A stretch of DNA of 64,000 bases, from NCBI GenBank assembly GCA_002919235.1, contig PKEX01000008.1:138530-202529 (forward strand), in the 5' to 3' direction. The DNA is from Clostridia bacterium (GTDB lineage: Bacteria > Bacillota > Limnochordia > DTU080 > RSA5). A model generated the notes under the pieces. That model did not search any database. It worked only from the letters and a program-made list of their open reading frames with translations, and was not told the origin of the DNA. Shown here one piece after another: positions 57,176 to 64,000 of the stretch. Position 1 is the stretch's first letter. Each line of letters starts with the position of its first letter. The position numbers and the translations under genes were made by a program.

Positions 57176-57805
57176 CTACCGGGAGTAGTGCTCGACGATG
57201 AGGTGCTCCTGCACGCGCACGTCGATCTGCTCGCGCGTGGGCAGGCTCTTCACGGTCCCTTTCAGGCCGTCCGCATCCAGCTCTAGCCAATCCGGCACGC
57301 CCCGGCTCTGAGCCGCCTGGACGCTCTCCTTGATCATCGCGATGTTCCGGCTGCGCTCCCGGACGGCGATGACGTCGCCCACCTTCACCCGCGCCGACGG
57401 GATATCCATCTTCTTCCCGTTCACCGTGAAGTGACCGTGCATCACCAGCTGCCGGGCCGCAGCGCGCGAAGGCGCGAAGCCCAGCCGGTAGACCACGTTG
57501 TCCAGCCGGCACTCCAAGAGCTGCAGGAGGGTTTCGCCCGTCACGCCCTTGCGGCGGGACGCCTCCTGGTAATAACGCCGAAACTGGCGCTCCAGCACCC
57601 CGTAGATCCTGCGCAGCTTCTGCTTCTCACGCAGGTGGATGCCGTATTCAGTCAAACGCGGGCGCCGTCCCTGGCCGTGCTGGCCCGGCGGATACGGGCG
57701 GCGGTCCACGGGGCACTTCTCAGTATAGCACTTTTCACCCTTCAAAAAGAGCTTTTCTCCCTCACGCCGGCACAGCCGGCAAACGGGTCCAGTATACCTT
57801 GCCAT
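57176..57805 (-). CDS. rpsD: 30S ribosomal protein S4
   Basis: [16 protein letters not shown]... Confidence 0.95.
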   Translation of the reverse strand: MARYTGPVCRLCRREGEKLFLKGEKCYTEKCPVDRRPYPPGQHGQGRRPRLTEYGIHLREKQKLRRIYGVLERQFRRYYQEASRRKGVTGETLLQLLECRLDNVVYRLGFAPSRAAARQLVMHGHFTVNGKKMDIPSARVKVGDVIAVRERSRNIAMIKESVQAAQSRGVPDWLELDADGLKGTVKSLPTREQIDVRVQEHLIVEHYSR

Positions 57806-57835
57806 CGCTCAGTCTTCCACCTCCGCCGGCTCCGC

Positions 57836-58231
57836 TCAGACCCGCCGCCGCTTGGGCGGGCGGCAACCGTTGTGAGGAATCGGGGTGACGTCTTTGATCA
57901 AGTTCACTTCGAGACCGGCAGCCTGGAGCGAACGGATAGCCGCCTCCCGGCCCGACCCGGGCCCCTTCACGTAGACCTCGATCTCCCGGACCCCATGCTC
58001 CATGGCGGCCCTTGCCGCCGCCTCCGCCGCCATGCTCGCCGCAAAGGGCGTCCCTTTGCGCGATCCCTTAAAGCCCTGGCTTCCGGCGGAAGCCCACGTC
58101 AGCACGTTGCCCTGCTTGTCCGTGATGGTCACGATGGTGTTGTTAAACGTCGAACGGATATGCGCGATCCCGACCGGGACGTTCTTCCGTTCCCGCCGGC
58201 GCAGCCGTGTGCCCTTTCTCGGCCTGGCCAA
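57836..58231 (-). CDS. rpsK: 30S ribosomal protein S11
   Basis: [18 protein letters not shown]... Confidence 0.95.
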   Translation of the reverse strand: MARPRKGTRLRRRERKNVPVGIAHIRSTFNNTIVTITDKQGNVLTWASAGSQGFKGSRKGTPFAASMAAEAAARAAMEHGVREIEVYVKGPGSGREAAIRSLQAAGLEVNLIKDVTPIPHNGCRPPKRRRV

Positions 58232-58352
58232 GTTGTCAACCTCCCTAAATCGCGGAAAGCCACCCCACGAGTGGCATCCTTACCAAGTATCTGCAGAACC
58301 GGTGCCCTTTTACACCGTCCACGCCTTCCGGCAGCCGCCGCGCGGCGCCGGC

Positions 58353-58727
58353 TCAGCGGGCGCGCTTCTTCACGCCGATGGTGCGGCGCGGGCCCTTGCG
58401 GGTCCTGGCGTTGGTGCGCGTCCGCTGCCCGCGCACCGGAAGCCCCCGGCGGTGCCTGAGCCCCCGGTAGCAGCCGATGTCCATGAGGCGCTTGATGTTC
58501 ATCTGCACCTGGCGGCGCAGATCGCCCTCGACCACGTACTCGCGCTCAATCACCTCGCGAAGGCGGTTCACCTCGTCCTCCGTGAGGTCGCGCACCCGGG
58601 TGTCCGGGTTGACCTGGGTCTTCGCGAGGATCTTATTGGACGTCGAACGGCCGATGCCGTAAATGTACGTCAGCGCCACCTCAACCCGCTTGTCACGGGG
58701 CAAATCGACTCCGGCGATTCGTGCCAA
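58353..58727 (-). CDS. rpsM: 30S ribosomal protein S13
   Basis: [26 protein letters not shown]... Confidence 0.95.
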   Translation of the reverse strand: MARIAGVDLPRDKRVEVALTYIYGIGRSTSNKILAKTQVNPDTRVRDLTEDEVNRLREVIEREYVVEGDLRRQVQMNIKRLMDIGCYRGLRHRRGLPVRGQRTRTNARTRKGPRRTIGVKKRAR

Positions 58728-58754
58728 CAGCCTGCACCTCCTATCTCTCCGGCA

Positions 58755-58868
58755 CTACCCTTGAACCTGTTTGTGCCGGGGATTCTCGCAGATAACCATC
58801 ACTTTGCCATGGCGGCGAATCACTTTGCACTTCTCGCAAATGCGCTTCACCGAAGGCCGCACTTTCAC
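58755..58868 (-). CDS. rpmJ: 50S ribosomal protein L36 (37 aa, absent from the ORF track)
   Basis: Hand translation from the GTG gives [37 protein letters not shown]. The RBS AAGGGGAG lies upstream. Confidence 0.9.
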   Translation of the reverse strand: MKVRPSVKRICEKCKVIRRHGKVMVICENPRHKQVQG

Positions 58869-58926
58869 CGCATCCAACTCCCCTTCACGCCGCCCGGCTC
58901 AACGCACCCCAAGCGCCTTCTCCGGC

Positions 58927-59145
58927 TCATTTCTTGCGGTACGTGATGCGCCCGCGGCTAAGATCGTACGGCGACAGCTCCACCGTCACCTTGTCGCCGG
59001 GCAAGATCCTGATGAAGTGCATCCGCATCTTGCCCGAGATATGCGCCAGCACCTTGTGGCCGTTGTCGAGCTCCACCCGGAACATCGCGTTGGGCAGAGG
59101 CTCGATGACCGTCCCTTCCATCTCAATGACGTCCTGCTTGGCCAT
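58927..59145 (-). CDS. infA: Translation initiation factor IF-1
   Basis: [41 protein letters not shown]... Confidence 0.95.
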   Translation of the reverse strand: MAKQDVIEMEGTVIEPLPNAMFRVELDNGHKVLAHISGKMRMHFIRILPGDKVTVELSPYDLSRGRITYRKK

Positions 59146-59458
59146 GGGGTCCATCGACCTCCTCTCTCTCTCCCACGAGTTCCGTCAACGCCGCTCGGAT
59201 CTGCTCATCCGTCACCTTGGCGCCGTTGCTCAGACGGGCCGCAATCTCCGTGTGGATCTCGTCGTGAACCCACAAGTGGCGGATATTCTTCTTTTTCGGC
59301 TTGGCCACCGTCCGCTTCACCCCGTCGGCGACCAGGGCGAAACGTTCCTCGACGACGTCAAGGACCAGGTAGTGAGCGCCGATGTCTCTTCCCGCCGACG
59401 ACGTCACCCACTGCCCGGGCTTCACCGAGACCAAGTGGCCATCGACCTCCCGTCCCAT
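59123..59458 (-). CDS. KOW-domain RNA-binding protein (YbzG-like) between map and infA
   Basis: Position and size match the Firmicutes ybzG slot. KOW-like [18 protein letters not shown]. Confidence 0.6.
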   Translation of the reverse strand: MGREVDGHLVSVKPGQWVTSSAGRDIGAHYLVLDVVEERFALVADGVKRTVAKPKKKNIRHLWVHDEIHTEIAARLSNGAKVTDEQIRAALTELVGEREEVDGPHGQAGRH

Positions 59459-59459
59459 C

Positions 59460-60206
59460 CTAAAGCGCCGTCAGCACCACGGGACCGTCTTCCGTGATCG
59501 CGACCGTGTGCTCGAAGTGGACCGAGAGGCTGCGATCCCGCGTCACCACGGTCCAGCGGTCGCTCAGGATCTCCACCTCGTAGCCGCCGGCGTTCACCAT
59601 CGGCTCGATGGCCAGGGTCATCCCCGGCTTGAGCCGCGGCCCCCGGTTGGGCGGCCCGAAATTGGGCACCTGGGGCGCCTCGTGCATCGAGCGCCCGATC
59701 CCGTGTCCCACGAAGTCCCGCACGACGGAGAAGCCTCGCGACTCGACGTACACTTGCACCGCGTGGGAGATATCGGAGAGGCGGTTTCCCGGTCGCGCCT
59801 TCTCAATCCCCGCGTACAGCGCCCCTTCGCCGGCGCGCAGGAGCGCCTGCGCCGCCTCGTCCACCTCGCCGACGGGATACGTCCAGGCCGCGTCACCGTG
59901 GAAGCCGTCGACGATGGCGCCGATATCGACGCTGACGATGTCCCCTTCCCGGAGCACCGTATTCCCGGGAATCCCATGGACCACTTGCTCGTTGACCGAA
60001 ACGCATATATTCGCCGGATAGCCCTGATATCCTTTAAACGAGGGGATGGCTCCCTCCGCCTTCAAGACTTCCAGCGCCAGTGCGTCCAGGTCCTTGGTGC
60101 GGATTCCCGGTCGGATCGCTTCCGCGATCCGGCGATGAGCCAGGGCGACCACCCTTCCGGCTCGCCGCATCGCCTCAATCTCCTCGGGAGACTTGAGGAT
60201 GATCAT
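59460..60206 (-). CDS. map: Type I methionine aminopeptidase
   Basis: Metal ligands D...D...H...E...E in the GDIVSVD...HGIG...EPM context. 248 aa. Confidence 0.95.
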   Translation of the reverse strand: MIILKSPEEIEAMRRAGRVVALAHRRIAEAIRPGIRTKDLDALALEVLKAEGAIPSFKGYQGYPANICVSVNEQVVHGIPGNTVLREGDIVSVDIGAIVDGFHGDAAWTYPVGEVDEAAQALLRAGEGALYAGIEKARPGNRLSDISHAVQVYVESRGFSVVRDFVGHGIGRSMHEAPQVPNFGPPNRGPRLKPGMTLAIEPMVNAGGYEVEILSDRWTVVTRDRSLSVHFEHTVAITEDGPVVLTAL

Positions 60207-60880
60207 CGCGCTGCCTCACCGCGACGCTGCGCCTCTCTAATCTTTTCAAGCTGCGCCACGATGTCCTGAAACACCTGGTCGATGGGCCGCTCTCCGTCCA
60301 CCGAGACCAGGATTCCCTGCTCGGCGTAGTAGGTCAGCACCGGGTGCGTCTGGTCCATGAACACCTTCAGCCGGTGCAGCGCCGTCTCCACCGTGTCGTC
60401 GGGCCGCTGGACCAAAGGCCCGCCGCACTCCGCACACCGGCCGTCCAGCTCCGGGTGATGTGCCCGGTTGTACGTGGCGCCGCACTGGGAGCAGATCACT
60501 CGCTCCGAGATGCGGCGGACGGCCTCCTCCTCGGAGATCTCGATATTGACGGCAGCGTCCAGCGCCTTGCCCAGCTCCGGCAGGGCCCGGTCCAGGGCGA
60601 TGGCCTGCGGCACCGTCCGGGGGAAACCGTCGAGGATGAACCCCCTCGCACAGTCGTCCTGCCTCAGCCTCTCCTTGACGATCTCGATCGAGATGTCATC
60701 GGGAACCAGCTCCCCCCGGTCGATATACTCCTTGGCCTTCGCTCCCAGAGGACCGCCGGAGCGGATCGCCGCCCGGAACATCGCGCCGGTGGATATGTGG
60801 GGCACATCCAACTGCTCGGACAAAAGCTCCCCTTGCGTGCCCTTGCCCGCGCCCGGCAATCCCATCAGGACCAGCTGCAC
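60203..60880 (-). CDS. adk: Adenylate kinase (with zinc-binding lid CxxC...CxxC)
   Basis: GLPGAGKGTQ P-loop. Lid CSQCGATY...CAECGG. Confidence 0.95.
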   Translation of the reverse strand: MQLVLMGLPGAGKGTQGELLSEQLDVPHISTGAMFRAAIRSGGPLGAKAKEYIDRGELVPDDISIEIVKERLRQDDCARGFILDGFPRTVPQAIALDRALPELGKALDAAVNIEISEEEAVRRISERVICSQCGATYNRAHHPELDGRCAECGGPLVQRPDDTVETALHRLKVFMDQTHPVLTYYAEQGILVSVDGERPIDQVFQDIVAQLEKIREAQRRGEAAR

Positions 60881-60902
60881 CTGCCGAGCACCCCCTCGCC
60901 TG

Positions 60903-62174
60903 TTACTTCAAGAAGCCCTCGTAATGCCTCATCAGCAAGTGCGCTTCGATCTGCTTCATCGTATCCAGCGCGACGCCGACGACGATCAAGAGGCTCGTGC
61001 CGCCGAAGAACACGAAGGCCATAGGGAGCTGCGTGATCGCCGACATCACGTACGGCAAGACCGCGATGAAGGCGAGGAAGATCGCGCCTGCCAAGGTGAT
61101 CCGGGTCAGGATGCGATCCAGATACTCCGCCGTGGGCCTGCCCGGCCGCAGGCCGGGGACGAAGCCCCCGTGCTTGCGCATGTTGTTGGCCACTTCCACC
61201 GGGTTGAACGTCACGGCGGTATAAAAATACGTAAAGAAGATCACCAGCAGTGCGTAGGAGACCACGTAGAAGGTGCTGCCGATGCCGAACCACCGGGTCA
61301 CCGCCGGCGCGATGGCCGGGATGAACTGCGCCAGGGTGAGCGGGAAGGTCAGCACCGACGAGGCGAAGATGACGGGGATGACGCCCGCGTTGTTCACCCG
61401 CAAGGGGATGTGCGTGGCCTGGCCCCCGTACATCCTGCGGCCCACCACCCGCTTGGCGTACTGCACCGGGATGCGCCGCTGCCCCTCCTGCACCATCACC
61501 ACGGCCGCGACGATCGCGACGAACAGCACCGCGAGGACGATCAGGCTAAAGGCGCTGACGCCGCCTTCGCCCACCGTCTGGAACGTCTGGATGAGTCCCA
61601 CCGGGAACTCGGCGACGATCCCCGCGAAAATGATGAGGGAGATGCCGTTGCCGATCCCGTTCTCGCTGATCTTCTCGCCGAGCCACATCAGGAACATGGT
61701 TCCCGCGGTGAGGGTGACCACGATGGTCAGCAGCGAGAAGAACGTGGGGTTGGTCACCACGTTGCTGTTCTTGGCCAGGACGGTGATGCCGTACGCCTGG
61801 ATGAGGCCCAGCACCACGGTGCCGTACCGCGTGTACTGCTGGATCTTCTTGCGCCCTTCGATCCCCTCTTTCGCCAGCTCCTCCAGGCGAGGGATGACGA
61901 TGGTCAGGAGCTGGAGGATGATCGAGGACGTGATGTACGGGTTGACGCCCATGGCGAAGATGGTGAAACGGCCCAGGGCGCCGCCGGTGAACAGGTTCAA
62001 GAAGCCGAAGATGTTGCCGCCTCCGATGTCCAGGCTCTCTGCCAAGCCGATCGCGTCGACGCCGGGGACCGGAACGAAGGAGCCGATGCGAAAGACCGCG
62101 AGGAGCGCCGCCGTGTAGATCAGCTTGCGACGGAGGTCGTCAATGCGCCATGCGTTCCGGAGCGCGTCCAGCAA
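60903..62174 (-). CDS. secY: Preprotein translocase subunit SecY
   Basis: 10 TM helices. Conserved NPYITSSIILQLL and GGTSLLIVVGV motifs. Confidence 0.95.
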   Translation of the reverse strand: MLDALRNAWRIDDLRRKLIYTAALLAVFRIGSFVPVPGVDAIGLAESLDIGGGNIFGFLNLFTGGALGRFTIFAMGVNPYITSSIILQLLTIVIPRLEELAKEGIEGRKKIQQYTRYGTVVLGLIQAYGITVLAKNSNVVTNPTFFSLLTIVVTLTAGTMFLMWLGEKISENGIGNGISLIIFAGIVAEFPVGLIQTFQTVGEGGVSAFSLIVLAVLFVAIVAAVVMVQEGQRRIPVQYAKRVVGRRMYGGQATHIPLRVNNAGVIPVIFASSVLTFPLTLAQFIPAIAPAVTRWFGIGSTFYVVSYALLVIFFTYFYTAVTFNPVEVANNMRKHGGFVPGLRPGRPTAEYLDRILTRITLAGAIFLAFIAVLPYVMSAITQLPMAFVFFGGTSLLIVVGVALDTMKQIEAHLLMRHYEGFLK

Positions 62175-62618
62175 CTAGATCACCTCGGCCTTCCCACCGG
62201 CGGCCTCGATCTTTTGGATGGCCGACTTGGAAAAGCGGTGCGCCCTGACCGTCAGCGCGACTTCGAGGTCGCCGTCGCCGAGGATCTTGACGCCGTCGCG
62301 CAGCGACTTCACCAGGCCCGCCTCCACCAGCCGTTCCGGCGTGACCACCTCGCCGGCGGCGAACCGGTTGAGGCGGGACACGTTCACCACCGCGTACTCG
62401 GCGGCGAACGCGGCGTTGTTGAAGCCCCTCTTGGGCAAACGCATGTGAATGGGCGTCTGCCCGCCCTCGAAGGCCGGGCCCTTGCCGGCGCCCGAACGGG
62501 CACCCTGCCCCTTTTGGCCACGGCCCGACGTCTTGCCCGAACCCGAACCGATTCCCCGCCCCACCCGGCGGCGGGCCTTGCGGCTGCCCGGGGCCGGCTT
62601 TAGCTCGTGTAGTCTCAT
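62175..62618 (-). CDS. rplO: 50S ribosomal protein L15
   Basis: [34 protein letters not shown]. Confidence 0.93.
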   Translation of the reverse strand: MRLHELKPAPGSRKARRRVGRGIGSGSGKTSGRGQKGQGARSGAGKGPAFEGGQTPIHMRLPKRGFNNAAFAAEYAVVNVSRLNRFAAGEVVTPERLVEAGLVKSLRDGVKILGDGDLEVALTVRAHRFSKSAIQKIEAAGGKAEVI

Positions 62619-62655
62619 GACGCCTCGATACCCCCAACAAAACAAAAACTCGCGG

Positions 62656-62835
62656 TTACGCCTCTTCCACGTGCACCAGGTGCTCGACCTTGCGGAGCAT
62701 TCCCCGGATGCTCGGGTTGTCTTCCTTCACCACGGTCTGATTCAGCCTCCGAAGGCCGAGCGCCCGCAGGGTCTCCTTCTGGTCCTTGGCGAAGCCGATG
62801 GCGCTCCGCTTCCACGTCACCTTGATCTGTCCCAT
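62656..62835 (-). CDS. rpmD: 50S ribosomal protein L30 (59 aa, absent from the ORF track)
   Basis: Hand translation gives [59 protein letters not shown]. Confidence 0.88.
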   Translation of the reverse strand: MGQIKVTWKRSAIGFAKDQKETLRALGLRRLNQTVVKEDNPSIRGMLRKVEHLVHVEEA

Positions 62836-62848
62836 CGCGAAAAGCCTC

Positions 62849-63364
62849 CTAGCCGAGGATCTCCTCAGGCTTCTTCCCCCGCAGGCGGGCGACTTCCTCC
62901 ACGGTCCTGAGGTTCTTGAGCCCCTCGATGGTCGCCCGCACCACGTTGATGGGGTTGCTGGAGCCGATGACCTTGGTGAGAACGTCCCGGATGCCCGCGG
63001 CCTCCAGCACGGCGCGCACCGCGCCGCCGGCGATGACGCCCGTACCCTCGCTGGCCGGCTTCAGCAGCACCTGCGAGCCGCAAAAGCGCGCCTTCACCTC
63101 GTGGGGGATGGTGGTCCCCACCATGGGCACGTGGATCAGGTTCTTCTTCGCGTCCTCGATGCCCTTGCGGATGGCGTCGGACACCTCTTTGGCCTTCCCC
63201 TTTCCGGCGCCGACGTGCCCGTTGCCGTCGCCTACCACCACTACCGCCGTAAAGGAGCGCGTCCTTCCGCCTTGCACCGTCTTGGAGACGGGGTTGATGT
63301 CGACGACCCGCTCCTGCAGCTCGCCGAGGGAGTCAGGATCGATTCGCTTGCGAGTCAATGCCAT
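62849..63364 (-). CDS. rpsE: 30S ribosomal protein S5
   Basis: [42 protein letters not shown]. Confidence 0.95.
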   Translation of the reverse strand: MALTRKRIDPDSLGELQERVVDINPVSKTVQGGRTRSFTAVVVVGDGNGHVGAGKGKAKEVSDAIRKGIEDAKKNLIHVPMVGTTIPHEVKARFCGSQVLLKPASEGTGVIAGGAVRAVLEAAGIRDVLTKVIGSSNPINVVRATIEGLKNLRTVEEVARLRGKKPEEILG

Positions 63365-63384
63365 GAAACGTGTGCCACTCCCTT

Positions 63385-63750
63385 CTAGAAGTCGAGGCCG
63401 CCTTCGCGTGCGCCCTCGGCCAACGCCGCCACGCGGCCGTGGTAGAGGTTGCCGCCGCGGTCAAAGACCACCGCCTGGATGCCGGCCTCCTTGGCCCGCC
63501 GGGCCAGGAGCCTGCCCACCTCCCGCGCCGCTTCGACGTTCCCCGTGTAGGTGAGCTTGCCGCGAAGCTCCTTGTCGAGCGTCGAGGCCGAGACCAAGGT
63601 CCGGCCCTGCACGTCGTCGATGATCTGTGCGTACATATGCTTCAAGCTGCGGTACACGCTGAGCCTAGGCCGCTCCGGCGTGCCGAAGACCTTCTTTCGC
63701 ACTCTGAGGTGGCGTTTGCGCCGCGCTGCCTTGCGATCCACCCTTGGCAT
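63385..63750 (-). CDS. rplR: 50S ribosomal protein L18
   Basis: [18 protein letters not shown]...[27 protein letters not shown]. Confidence 0.93.
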   Translation of the reverse strand: MPRVDRKAARRKRHLRVRKKVFGTPERPRLSVYRSLKHMYAQIIDDVQGRTLVSASTLDKELRGKLTYTGNVEAAREVGRLLARRAKEAGIQAVVFDRGGNLYHGRVAALAEGAREGGLDF

Positions 63751-63763
63751 CGTGCTCACCCCT

Positions 63764-64000
63764 TTACTTGGACACCTTGCCCGCCTTGCCGGCCTTGCGG
63801 ATGATCTTTTCACCCTCGTACATGATGCCCTTGCCGAGGTAGGGCTCGGGCTTGCGCACGGCGCGGATCTTGGCGGCCACCTCGCCGACCAGCTGCTTGT
63901 CGATCCCTCTCACCGTGATCCGGGTCGGCTGGGGCACCTCAAACTCGATCCCCGCAGGAGCCTCCACCTCCACCGGATGGGAGTACCCCACCGAGAGGAC
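63764..64000 (-). CDS. rplF: 50S ribosomal protein L6 (C-terminal part; the gene continues beyond the window end)
   Basis: The C-terminus [26 protein letters not shown] is typical of L6. The frame is open to position 64000. Confidence 0.85.
   Translation of the reverse strand, partial: VLSVGYSHPVEVEAPAGIEFEVPQPTRITVRGIDKQLVGEVAAKIRAVRKPEPYLGKGIMYEGEKIIRKAGKAGKVSK

Overview
This is a 64 kb stretch of a roughly 70% GC chromosome. The gene order resembles Firmicutes, and the organism looks like a Symbiobacterium or Limnochordia-type lineage; that is an inference from composition and synteny only. The high GC makes long spurious ORFs appear on the strand opposite most real genes. Real genes were therefore called from recognisable protein motifs, GC3 periodicity, RBS-plus-start context and translational-coupling overlaps, not from ORF length.

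Content from left to right:
- A membrane-anchored SbcC-like ATPase and an SbcD/Mre11-like nuclease, resembling the B. subtilis YhaN/YhaO pair.
- A tusA-like gene followed by a MoeB/ThiF adenylyltransferase with a C-terminal rhodanese domain (sulfur-relay pair).
- A class II fumarase.
- A single ORF fusing a PAP2 phosphatase domain to a glycerophosphodiester phosphodiesterase domain.
- An MscS-family channel.
- A complete-looking NADH:quinone oxidoreductase operon (nuoA to nuoL, then nuoN) with no nuoM gene between nuoL and nuoN.
- Several peptidases (M20, M24, S8), nth, lepB, hydrolases and an MFS transporter.
- A LexA-regulated imuB - small ORF - dnaE2 error-prone polymerase cassette, with two tandem Cheo-type LexA boxes embedded in a sigma-A-like promoter.
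- An SDR reductase, and a LolA-like protein encoded directly upstream of an RND transporter.
- A YflT-like gene, a small membrane protein and a class A PBP.
- A cytoplasmic SBP-like protein translationally coupled to a GAF-GAF-GGDEF diguanylate cyclase.
- A conserved segment of the ribosomal S10-spc-alpha supercluster, from rplF through rpsI.

No rRNA, tRNA, CRISPR array or obvious mobile element was seen. The most novel-looking items are the SOS mutagenesis cassette with its uncharacterised overlapping small ORF, the SBP-like/diguanylate-cyclase pair, the membrane MPN-like/LysM protein, the PAP2-GDPD fusion, and the nuo operon lacking nuoM.
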